Shown: one piece after another, positions 1 to 10,968 of the stretch
Layout: every line of letters begins with the position of its first letter
Position numbering within the stretch: the stretch's first letter is position 1
Assembly: GCA_002269645.1 (NCBI GenBank)
Contig: NIVC01002995.1
Span: 1 to 64,000 of the forward strand
Reading direction: 5' to 3'
Length of the DNA: 64,000 nucleotides
Origin: Macrostomum lignano
Taxonomy: Eukaryota
Position numbers and translations under genes: made by a program
The notes under the pieces: generated by a model
What the model saw: only the letters and a program-made list of their open reading frames with translations
What the model was told of the DNA's origin: nothing
Database searches by the model: none

Positions 1-2
1 TA

Positions 3-436
3 GACACGCGTAGGGTTGAGTTACGGTTAGCCACAGAGTATCAAGTTGATTTCAGGGATGCACATTCCAATAACTTTAGAAGACTGTTGGGATTCAATTC
101 GGAAGTGTATTTGAAACCATTTGAGAGAGCTCAAATCCAGCTCGGATAGACGGAGCTAGAAGTGCGATCATGGTGTTTCTTCAATATCAAAGGGCGTTTT
201 ATCACTGATCCAGCAATGGAGATCATTTAATTGATAAGCAAATACTTCTTTCAATTCCATCGTTCTCTGTCCCAATGGAAGTAAAATTATTCAAGAACCT
301 GCAAAATCCTGTGTACCTACCACTAACTAAAACATGTTGAGCCACATTCGACTTTGTCATCGAAGATGAGTCTGGTGTTCTATACGACTTTGATGGCGAG
401 GAAATATTTATAAATTTACACGTACGACAAATATGA
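3..436 (+). pseudogene. Minor capsid protein (penton-like), C-terminal part, frameshifted
   Basis: Manual translation across indels gives FRRLLGFNSEVY...ILLSIPSFSVP(N)GSKIIQEP(A)NPVYLPL...FVIEDESGVLYDFDGEEIFINLHVRQI*. This fits the Polinton penton C-terminal pattern (LLGF; PG.KI.E.P..P.YLP; D..G...DF.GE.I.I.LH). It lies directly upstream of the protease. Confidence 0.75.
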
Positions 437-445
437 GTGTTAAAA

Positions 446-876
446 ATGAGCGAAGCTGAGACATGGAATGCATTTAAACAAATGTTTGGTACTGACACTA
501 CGACTAATATTGATCTGATAAATTGGGCAAAATATCTCAAGTTAAAACCATTTCGCTATGCCATGAGAGATGAAATTGTTGATTTACCACAGTATGGTTA
601 CTTTATGACAAATATTCACACTTCGAAAGAACGGGGTATACATCATTCAGCTATATTTTCAGCTCCTGATAAGGTTTATTTTTTTGATTCCTATGCCACT
701 ACGCCCACACTGCGAAATTATGGAAAAGTTTAATCACACAAAATAGAATATGTGGAGACATGGAAGAACAAATTCAAACTTTTGATAAGAAATTTTGTGG
801 TCAAATGTCGCTGTACTTTTTACACCGAATCGATAAAGGAGATAGCTATAATGAAATTTTGCAGCAATTAAAATGA
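446..876 (+). CDS. Adenain-like cysteine protease (capsid maturation protease), one frameshift near 710
   Basis: ORF 437-733 has NIHTSKERGIHH and YFFDSY (catalytic His/Asp region). After a one-base shift it continues LWKSLITQ...EEQIQTFDKKFCGQMSLYFL...QQLK* (oxyanion Gln and catalytic Cys), stop at 874-876. Confidence 0.87.
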
Positions 877-2219
877 GTTACAAGAATACTGCCAATCAAT
901 TTGGTTACTCGACAAATTCAAATGATATAGCACCTGGAATAACAATAGCGTTAGCTGATGATCGCTACATCAATGAAAATGAAGGATATAAGAGAGAGGA
1001 AATAGATAATTTATTGTTAGCAAAGAGAGATGTTTCAGACTCTTATTCAAAGGAAGATAGTGACGCAATGAATATCACCATGCTACAATTAATTGACGAT
1101 GCTCATGGGCGCGTAAACAATGTCTACACAAAAACCGAAATTGACACTAAGATGTATTCTAAAACCGAAATTGACACTTTGTTAGCAGAAAGGCAAGGTA
1201 CTGTGGGGGGTACAGAGAGTTCGAAATTAGTCAATATTCTTTCATTACTGACTTCAAACGCTTCCGATCCTGACATGAAAGTGACCGCCTTCTCATAACT
1301 CTTCAGCAGCATATCATGTTGCAGATTCAAACCAGCTTCAGAATGGAGCAGTGTAGATGACTCAGACAAGTGGATACGAGTTCAATTTCTGAAAAGAGCT
1401 AGGAAAGTTGTAGAGATTAAAGTTGGAAGGAGAGGTGTGGCCTGGTTGGTCTGTTAGTGTTAGTCTAAATGGAACAAACTGGACACCTGTTGAACAAAGT
1501 GCACCATTGAACTACGAAGGGGGCAATGCACATCTTAGGAAAAAATACCCAATCCCTCATATTATTTTCATTATTCTCTAAATTTTTCTGGTTCCGTAAA
1601 GCTTACAAAAGTTGAATTACTTGGAGACAAACAGTGGTTAATGATTTAGTGTGGCCTATAGATAGACTTCAAGCTGTACCAAAGCTATACGTAGACAATG
1701 CACTTGAATCAGTGGAGCTGCGACTAAGGCGGGACTAGGTTTCAAATCTTATACAGGATATATCCCCTCACTAGCAACACGTCAAAACTATAGAGAAAGG
1801 GGTTTCAATGTAGCGTCATCAGGAGCATTTGAAACGTCAGATAATTGGGGTTATATAGTATTTAATTCAGAATGGGCATCGAGGAATGAACCCAATTCTT
1901 ACATTGAAGTACAACTTCCTGAATCTATTCAAATTTGGAAATTCGGATTGAAAGGAACCAAAGCAGTAGGTAGTGAAATTATAAAAAATCAACCAAAAAG
2001 TTTTATTCTGAAAGGAGCAATAACAAGAGAGACTTTAGGAATATTTTTTCTACCGAAAATGCTGGTTTAGTTCCTGGAGTGATGAAATATTTTGAAGTAG
2101 CTTCCACCGAAAAATTCTCCGGTTATAGAGTGCATATTAATTCAGCCACTGAAGGATCAACTGTTCTTATTGTTTCAGGCTTTCAACTTTATCCGACTTT
2201 AGACATAATTGTCACATAA
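873..2219 (+). pseudogene. Putative fibre/receptor-binding protein: coiled-coil repeats plus two F5/8 type C (discoidin)-like domains, several frameshifts
   Basis: YTKTEIDTK/YSKTEIDTL repeats and PKLYVDNAL resemble fibre-shaft repeats. Domain 1 fragments: EWSSVDDSDKWIRVQF...WSVSVSLNGTNWT...KLTKVELLG. Domain 2 fragments: GYIPSL...GFNVASSG...VFNSEWASRNEPNSYIEVQLPESIQIWKFGLKG...FSGYRVHI...SGFQLYP, stop 2217-2219. AATAAA at 2282. Confidence 0.6.
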
Positions 2220-2312
2220 TTAGACATAATACCATAGTCACCATTAAACACAACATAAGTACAAAAACTCCCAACGGGGTCAATAAACAAAAATTACTAT
2301 CTTAGGAAGCTG

Positions 2313-2893
2313 GCAAGTAGGCAAACTTCACTCAGTGACTAACGCAGGAATTCGGGGTTGTATATTTTTCATCTACTTTTGCTACACACAGAAGCAATCT
2401 CGCAGAGCAATAATATGGTCGGCTATTGTCCAACCACCGTAGCAAAGCAAGTAGGCAAACTTTACTCAATGAGTAACGCAGGAATTCGGGTTGTATATTT
2501 TTTATCTATACTCTTGCTACACAGAAGCAAGCTCGCACCGCAACAATATGGTCGGCTATTGTCCGACCAAGATAGCAAAGCAAGTAGGCAAACTTCACTC
2601 GATGACTAACACAGGAATTCGGGGTTTTATATTTTTCATCTACTCTTGCTACACAGAAGCAAGCTCGCACCGCAACAATATGGTCGGCTATTGTTCGACC
2701 AAGATAGCAAAGCAAGTCTTTTTTTAGAGGCAAACTTCACTCGATGACTAACACAGGAATTCGGGGTTTTATATTTTTCATCTACTCTTGCTACACAGAA
2801 GCAAGCTCGCACCGCAACAATATGGTCGGCTATTGTTCGACCAAAATAGCAAAGCAAGTAGGCAAACTTCACTCGATGACTAACGCAGGAATT
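2313..2893. repeat. Tandem array of a ~133-bp unit (~4.3 copies) inside the viral element
   Basis: GCAAGTAGGCAAACTT recurs at 2313, 2447, 2580, 2712 (with a T-run insertion) and 2854. Confidence 0.95.
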
Positions 2894-3155
2894 TGCCTCG
2901 ACAAGAATTTGCCAAAATTTTGCCAGAAAAAAATATTTTTATTTTTTGTGCCACTTGGCACAGAATTGGCACCAATGAGAGGTTTCCGTTGTGCATTGTA
3001 AGTAAACCAACCAATAGGATTTAAGACACCGAAAAAATTGTTCTAGCAGCATTTAAAGCAGCATACAAATGGTTTCATCCAACCATCTATACATCCATCT
3101 TTTAAGCTAAATCTTATCTCTTAATCATGCCAGGCCAGCCAACCTTGCGAGTAGA

Positions 3156-3557
3156 TTGCTTGCTATTAGAGCCGAGGAAAACAATATTAAGGGTATTTTC
3201 TATACAGAATACGCTAGGTCGTCATTTGCTCGCCTAATCCCAGATCCAACTGCGTTCGTCGATCATTATCGACAAAATCAGGAACGAATTTCTGATGATG
3301 CTCGTCTTCTTAAGTTACTTAAGAAGATGTTGGCTAAGGAACGGACTGGGCGGCAATTACAGCGAGAAATCGCTGCTGCCGAGCAATTGAATAATGTGGC
3401 CATTCCTGATGCGCCACCAACCTATGAAGAGGCTCACGCTCAGCAGGCTCAGCAGGCGCAGGCTCACGCTCAGCAGGCTCAGCAGGCGCAGGCTCATGCT
3501 CAGCAGGATCATGAGATGGACGAACTTGTCCAACTAAACCAAGGCATTGGACAATGA
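3156..3557 (+). CDS. Hypothetical viral protein with PPTY motif and AHAQQAQQAQ repeats
   Basis: 133-aa ORF; a possible true ATG at 3127 is out of frame. CCAAT-like and TA-rich elements lie upstream (2972-3025). APPTYEEA at 3411-3434, followed by a 30-nt internal repeat. Confidence 0.55.
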   Translation: MLAIRAEENNIKGIFYTEYARSSFARLIPDPTAFVDHYRQNQERISDDARLLKLLKKMLAKERTGRQLQREIAAAEQLNNVAIPDAPPTYEEAHAQQAQQAQAHAQQAQQAQAHAQQDHEMDELVQLNQGIGQ

Positions 3558-3769
3558 AGACTTGAGTTTCCACTGTATAAGTGTTTAAAGTAGTTATAAC
3601 ATCTCTAGAAATAAAATGAATTACTATCATGCTAAATCTCTTTAAGCCAGGCCACAGAATGCTCCGCGGAGCCTGGCCATTTGTGTCTGAAAATATTTTC
3701 TTTTGTGTTCCCCCTTATTGTAAACTTCCACTCGAATCAGATTGTGACTGTTAAATTTTCCATAGAAAA

Positions 3770-4114
3770 ATGGAAGCTAATAACCCAAATGTTCGAAATG
3801 CTCTGCCACAAAAATATTATGATTCTATTATAAATTTCTCTCAAATAAAAACACCCATTCGAAAGGCTCGACTAATTGCAGAAATTGATAAAGCTTACGA
3901 TGAATATAAAGCAGAAATATTAAAACACACCGATTGTAAATGCCCCCCATATTTGTATTCATTCAGAGTATATCTTGCACATGTTGATAAATGGGCATTG
4001 ATTTCGAGACAGCACATAAGGAATGATGAATTTTTCGTCATGCTTAAGTTGAACATTTTCAAACTCCCCATAACCCTTGAGAAGTACATTGAAACTAATG
4101 AATTATATTGTTAA
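3770..4114 (+). CDS. Hypothetical viral protein (114 aa)
   Basis: ATG-initiated ORF in AAAAATGG context within the gene-dense viral block; no family recognised. Confidence 0.55.
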   Translation: MEANNPNVRNALPQKYYDSIINFSQIKTPIRKARLIAEIDKAYDEYKAEILKHTDCKCPPYLYSFRVYLAHVDKWALISRQHIRNDEFFVMLKLNIFKLPITLEKYIETNELYC

Positions 4115-4130
4115 ATTTATTTTAAATAAA

Positions 4131-6595
4131 ATGGAAAGAAAAAATCAAAACGATTCAAGTTTCTCTCCTGTGATCGTACAGGATCCGCTTCAAAAACATG
4201 ATGCCCCACCACCAAGATTGACAAATTTAAAACAAACAAAATCGTACGATAAACTAATTAATCTCTATGGAGAACTTAATTTTAAATTCGGAAGTTGCAG
4301 TGTAACATGGAATAGTAAAACAAAGAAAAAATACCGTCAGGAATGCCAAACAAAGCAGATAGGAATTCAACCTCCCCACCATTTCGACCAGAGGTAGACA
4401 ACATGATTTGGATAGATACTAGAAACTCAAATATAACCGTAATCGATATTGATAATGCTGACCTATGCCCTGAGTTGAATGAACTGTGTATGACTCATTG
4501 TGATTGGGTTGTTCAGACAAACAAGGGACACCACTTTTACTTTAACAAGGTAGATGGATTGAAAGTAACGATTCAACAAAGTGTGGGTTTTGATATTCCC
4601 GCCTTAGTATTTGCTCCACCAGGTTTCTATTATGTCGATGGTGAAATTAAGGAATACAAACGTATAAAGCCCGAAAGGTTAATAGACATGCCAGATGTAA
4701 TTTTTAATGAGATAAATAGATTAATTAAGCCACAGGATAAAAATGAAATCCAAGAACAAGATAAACAGGCACTAAAAAGCACCGTTCCACCACCCACTTG
4801 TGAAGGAGCTTCAAAGTTGTTAAGTATAATACAACACAAAAACCAAGACTATGATTCTTGGTACAAGGTAGCACTTATACTCCGCGACATAGACAGTGGT
4901 GATGAAATGTACAAAGTATTCACTGATTGGTCAAAAGTAAATTATGATAAGTTCGATTCCGAATCATGTAAAAAGGTGTGGAATAGCACCAATACCAGCT
5001 CTGCTGATGCACAGGACAGACTTACTATCGGTACGTTGAAGAAATGGGCTAGTGAAGAAAATTATTGTAAATATAAGGAATGGAAAAGCAAATATGATTA
5101 TTATGGTAGGATTGAGTATCTTGATGATAATTTCACTGACGTTAACATAACCAACTTTGTTTATGAATATAAGAAGAATAATATAATTTACAATAGCGAT
5201 GGTGTTTACTATTTTGATGATGATAAGTGGAGAGAACTAAGTAGTATAAATGACATATTTCTTAAAATATCAGACCTTGTTAGCGGTGAGTTAAACCACC
5301 GAAAGACTAGACTCGAAATTGCAATTAAGAAGGCGGCTGATGATAAAGAAAAGTTAAAAGCACTTGAAAAGAAACTACAGAGTACAATCAAGAATATAAA
5401 TTCAATACAAGGAGCCAACAAACTCAAACAGGTAACTACTTTGTTCAAAGAGAGGTTTACTAACAATGAAATTGAATTCGACATGAAATGGAATTTGCTA
5501 GGGTTTGATGATGGAGTATATGACCTCGATACAAGTGAGTTTCGCAAGCATAGATATGACGATTACGTTACTAAATCAGTGGGATATTATTACTCGGATG
5601 TACTTAGAGTGAGTGATGACGACTATGACTTCATTGTTAATCTGCATAACCAAATTCATCCCGATCCAGAAAATAGAAAGAGTTGGGAATCCGTTATAGC
5701 CACAGCTCTAATGGGTAAGAATGTTGAAAACTTTATAATGTTTGATGGCGCTGGTGGAAATGGGAAGGGGGTTGAGGACAACCTACTTCTTAGAACTCTA
5801 GGATCTGATTATGCAGCACCACTGAGTCCTGATGTTTTGAATTTACCAATAAGAATAGACAGGCCACAACCAGCCCTAGCACAAATTAATAAAAAGAGGT
5901 TGGTTATCAGTCAAGAAGTAAGTGGTGTCTTGAACAATGCATCAATAAAATTACTAACTGGTGGTGGGGTTATCCAAGCTAGAAATTTATATTCAAGCCA
6001 GTGTAATGTCGTTTTACACGCAACCCTAATAGTCGAATGCAACAACAAGCCTGACTTTAGACAAAATATTGGAGATGCAGAAAAAAGACGAATTATAAAT
6101 ATTAATTACCCATGTAAATATACAACAGATACCGACATCATTGATCATGCGAAACACATTTATAAAGCCGATTCATATCTTAAAACCGAGGAATTTAAGA
6201 ATAAATATAAGTTTGCTGAGATGAAACACCTACTAGAAATTTTCAAGCAAACAAAGGGTGAAATATATCTATCTCAAAATGTAATTGAAAACACTAATAA
6301 ATTCATACAAAATTGTAATGGGTTTTCTCGCTTCTTTGAAGAGAATTATGAATTTTTAGAAACTGAGGAAAAAACATTTTTGCTTATTAGAGAAATTTAC
6401 ACTGCCGCAACAGAAAGTGAATACTATAGGACTCTAGCCCAACGTGAGAAACGTGAATTCCAACAACAATACATAACAGATTTCTTCAAGAATCACAATG
6501 ACTATTGTAAGTATTATAAGGATAGATATAGGCGTAGGATAGATGGTAAACAGCAAGAAACTAGAAATGTTCTGTTTTACTGTGTAAAAAAATAA
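4131..6595 (+). CDS. Primase-helicase: PrimPol (AEP) + PriCT-2 + D5_N + SF3 helicase; N-terminus joined through a frameshift at ~4330
   Basis: AEP motifs VIDID and QTNKGHHFYF; PriCT-2 DYDSWYKVALIL...DWSK...LTIGTL; D5_N LLGFDDGVYDL; Walker A GAGGNGKG; motif C ECNNKP; RR finger. ORF 4131-4397 and ORF 4343-6595 join if one A is added to the run at 4326-4331. Confidence 0.92.
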
Positions 6596-6616
6596 ACGAA
6601 GATGTTATCAATGAGA

Positions 6617-9600
6617 TTACATTGGCTGATGAGGAATAGATCTGATAGGATCCAAATAATATCTTTTATCATCTAACGGACTCATTGTTTGTTTCATAAT
6701 CTCACGAATATATATTATATTTTTTTCAGATACAGTCATACTTACTCTACCTCTTTGAATATCTTTGTAATCTGTCAATAGTATGTTTTTAAAAGTTTCA
6801 AACTTTATATTTGTACTGCTTTTATCAACCCCCTTGATCGTAACACACTCTCCTGAAACTGTAGTGAAAGCATACTCCTTTGACCGCAAGAATACAGCTT
6901 CGGAAATTATTGAACCATTCATTTCATCTTTCAACTTTCCAATTACTTTCTTATTCTTCTCGGAGTATAGTGGATGCTCTCTTGGATAATCCGATGTGTC
7001 TAAGTGTTCTTTAACTTTTCCAAGATCCTCATAAACATCCTGAGTAATCACTGAGAATATTAGCGAATCACAATCAGAATAGTGCAATTGACAGCTTTTC
7101 CAATTCTTCTCAATAAAATTGTAATAGCAATCGTACATTAGCATTTTTGCATAATCCAGAATGGCCATCCCTAAATAAATTGGCTTGTCACACGCAATTG
7201 TCTTTTTGTACATTTGGATACCAACTGCATCCTCACTAAACATAATGAAATCTTTGAAATTTGGTTTAGAAAAATAACGCCTTGCAGTTTTTTCTTCAGC
7301 TACAAGATGAAAGTTCGACCTATTCTTTACATTTTCGATTGTTTTACCGTAGAATGAGTTGTTTAGTAGTTTCCACAGGTCTTTCTCAAATTTAGTTTTT
7401 GCTTCTATTCTCCGCCTGGTATTAAATTCGATGTATTTACTCAACCAGTTTGATTCTTTGAATGAAATAATTCTATGAACTCTCATAACTCGCATGCCCA
7501 TCTTCTCATAAAACTCAAGTAGTCTGTGATGTAAAACATATTTCTCCTTGTTGTAAAATGTCAACATCAACTTGGATTGAACAAACTTTTTCTTTTCGAC
7601 TTCGAGGTATTGCTTCTGTATGTCAGATAAATCCTCAAATCTAGTTGTTCGTTTCTCAGGAGCCAGTGGATATTTACTTGTAGCTTTCTTACATTCCTCT
7701 GTATATTGAAGGTCAACTTCAAGAAAACAACCCCTGCCATTAGGAATATTCTTGTGATACTCTAGATCATTTTCAAACTTGAAATCTCCCACAGGTAGAT
7801 TTTTCATCATTGCTTCACCATATAAATTATTCTTGTCCAAGTATAGCATGTACGACGATTCAGAATTGCTGTCATAACTTTCTAAATACTTGTTATTCAT
7901 TTTTTTATATCGATCTCCAAGAACTCCAGAGAAACCGCCGCGAATACCACTTTCTACCATGGATATCATTTCTTTATCACCAAGTAATTCCAATTCCACA
8001 TTAGTATATTTCAACCCACATGCCCACGATAATCCAGAAAGGGAAAAGCAATACGCAGGATCTATCTTGAAATATTTCAAAAATGTTGATCGAAACTTCT
8101 CAAAAGCATTGACAAATGAGTAAATCTTTCTAATTACTGCTGTTGTATCACTGGGTGGCAAATATTTTATTTCTTCTTCAGAGAGTGTAAATGGTGGTTC
8201 CAAAAACCTAGATCCATCTAAAAACACAACACCACTGGTATAATTCCCCCACTTGATTGCAACATGGTCTTCAGATGTTTTAGAAATGAAATCCAATTTA
8301 TACGCTGTATTCTTTATTCGTGTTAATGGAACTATCAAATAGTTTAGATCTTTTCCAGATTCATTCAGAAGAAACAACGGTACTGTTTGATTCGCCTTGC
8401 CCTCCTTGGTATTACATGATTGACATGCTGCGCCGCGATATTTACCATTGTAGTGATTATGCTCTCGAATTTTTTTACTATCTACAAATGGCCTTGAGCA
8501 GAGAAAACATTGTTCTGCCGCTTTGTAATCAGTCTCTTCGACATCACTTAATCTTGGATGTTTATATCTATCCATTTCATTTTTTATATGCTCAAACTTT
8601 TTTATTACGGTTTCAACGAATGATTCCACTGTAGTATTTGAAATAATATTTGATTTTATAATGTCCTCATAGTCGGAACTAGTAAAAAGTGTCCATTGTG
8701 ATAGCTCTAGTGATTTATCATCCATCGTTACATAATCTAATATTGCATGAAACACAAATGGTTTTCTTACACTCATGTGGTAGTTTTTAAACTTTAATAT
8801 CCTCTTATCAATCTTTGGAACTTCAATTGACACTTTGAAGTCATTACAGATTGCTTTATGATTATCCAGTGCATCCTGGGAGTATTTGACTTGAAGACAC
8901 TTTCGACAAAGAAAAACCCTGTTGTAATTTTGGGACGTGAGGAATAAACACGTCTGTTATTAAGCAATAATGATTTTCAACAAGTAGTAAATCAATAACA
9001 TTGGGGTTGTCGTAATCTTCTGTCAGACGAATAGAATATATTGACTCTTTAGTATTTATATCCCTCAATCCAAACACATTTATATGAAGACTGTTCAACT
9101 TTTCAATCTCAGAGATATCTCGAATGTCCACTGGAAATTTAACGTCTCCTAAGTTTATTTCATTTATATACTGTGTATACTTACCAACTCTATATCTATG
9201 TTCCTTCACAGGATGGAGCTTTGCTAAAATAGACCAGAGAAAGCACCTATTGTCTGTAGTGTTCTTAACATTTACTAATGCGTTTGATTTAATTCGAATT
9301 TGAATATAAGTTCCTCCTTTCAACTGATTAATGCCAACAACTTTCAACACAATCTTTACTAACTTAACAAAATAATATCCTGATCCCCTTTCATTAAAGC
9401 TATCCTTCCATCCATCGAATTCATCCAGAATATCCTGAATTGTACTTTCTATACTAGTTTCCACTTGGAGAAGATTTAACAAAGTTCGATACTTTGAATG
9501 ATATTGGAACTCAATCCAACTGTCGGTAGTTCCTTTATAAAATTCTGCGACAAAGGAAATTCTGTATTTTATTGAATCTCTAGCCATCAAATATTCGGAA

Positions 9601-9683
9601 AGAATTGGGGAGATTAAACCGCGAATTTCTTCAACGGAGTCGAGATCAAATTCATAAGAGGCCGCTGGTATTTTCCTTTCCAT
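6617..9683 (-). CDS. Polinton-type (protein-primed family) DNA polymerase B with an endonuclease VII-like Zn insert; frameshift at ~8947
   Basis: N-terminal part: GSGY, GGTYI, NVKNTTDNRCFLWSIL, FPV, INVFG, HYCLI. After a one-T loss: CRKC...H...C, CFLC...REHNHYNGKYRGAACQSCN, GIRGG, motif A YLDKNNLYG, motif B KLLNNSFYGK, motif C YSDCDS, LRSKEY. About 1020 aa when joined. Confidence 0.93.
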
Positions 9684-9708
9684 TTTTAAGAAAAAAAATT
9701 AAACAGAC

Positions 9709-10449
9709 TCAAGCATAGGGGGGTGCACTTGGAGCATTTGATTGAAGATTGAGTGTTGCCGAGTACTCTTTTGGCTTATCGGCTAGACCCAATTTTTCTC
9801 TCAGATCTTTCTCCAGCAGTTCCTTTTTAATTTTTTCCTTCGCTGAATGACCAAGTCTACTCTCTTTGAGAATTTTATCAACGACTTCCGAATGGTTAAC
9901 ATCTTCAGGCGCAACACAGGCGTCTAACAATTGGTCTCTTTTCTCTCTGTATTCTGAATAAATTGCAGCAGCTGCTTGAACCTCTTCAAGAGTTAATCTA
10001 TAATCATCAACTGCTTTTTGGGAGTAAATATACAATCTCTCTCTGTATTTATTGGCCAGATCTCTGAGAACAATGTATTTTGCCTTCTGCTTTTGGCAAT
10101 GAATTTTCACAGTTGCAAACAACGACGTGGATTTTACAGCTTCAAAACCACTCATTGCCCCGATTACTACTCCAATGACTAAGGGATTCAATGTCAGTAT
10201 CGATGTTGCTATGCCAATTCCTGTAGCAGCCAAGAGACTTACATTTCCTGTCACAATGTTGATCCAATTTATCCTGCTACTTTGCCGTTTGTACTTTTTT
10301 ACCTTTTTGCTATAAATTGTAAGATCTTTCGTAATGCATTCAATACTGCCTTTGATTTCACCCTTTCTCTGATTGAAATAGTCCCGCTCCCTCAAATCTG
10401 CTTCATGCAGCTCAACCACAGGATAGATGTGTTCATTTTTATCATTCAT
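9709..10449 (-). CDS. Putative membrane protein of the conserved Polinton/adintovirus family (GasderminX-like), C-terminal PSAPPY
   Basis: IYPVVEL...KKYKR, a Gly-rich hydrophobic segment (VSLLAATGIGIATSILTLNPLVIGVVIGAM), KAKYIVLRDLA...SQKAVDDYRLTLEEV. The pattern was recalled for adintovirus accessory proteins, not searched. ATG at 10449 in TAAAAATG context. Confidence 0.65.
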   Translation of the reverse strand: MNDKNEHIYPVVELHEADLRERDYFNQRKGEIKGSIECITKDLTIYSKKVKKYKRQSSRINWINIVTGNVSLLAATGIGIATSILTLNPLVIGVVIGAMSGFEAVKSTSLFATVKIHCQKQKAKYIVLRDLANKYRERLYIYSQKAVDDYRLTLEEVQAAAAIYSEYREKRDQLLDACVAPEDVNHSEVVDKILKESRLGHSAKEKIKKELLEKDLREKLGLADKPKEYSATLNLQSNAPSAPPYA

Positions 10450-10968
10450 TTTTATATGGCGATTATGCCTAATTGTCAATTATGTCTATACCTGACTGAA
10501 TATCTAAAGCATTTCCTAGAAATAATGGTTTACTGAAGGCCATTTTATATATATATAATTTACTATCGTTGAATTGGATGACACTTTCATATTGTATATA
10601 CCTGAAATTGCATTAAATTGACCCGTGAATCCAACTTTTCTCATGGTTTTAGAGCTGGAATCGTGAAAATTGCACTTTTTAAAAAAATTAGAAAATCACA
10701 AAAAATCGCTGTTTTCAGACCATTTTCACCTGTTTTTAGTCATTTTTCAGTTATTTTTAGTGATTTTCAAAATGAGTGAGGGCATGAGGGCGAGGGCACC
10801 CCCCCTTTTTAAAAGTATAAAAAATCCGGAAATTCTGTCTTCTGAGAAATATACCACAGGCCAATGCCCCCCACATGCCCTCACCCTCAACACCCTCAGT
10901 CACAGATATATGTATATTTATATATTTTTATATTTATCACACCCCACTTGAACCCATGACCTCCTGGT

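Noticed and set aside
2313-2893. CRISPR-like array
   Set aside because: Whole units are near-identical with no unique spacers; no cas genes; eukaryotic context.
4077-4397. Separate 106-aa gene
   Set aside because: Better explained as the frameshifted N-terminus of the primase-helicase.
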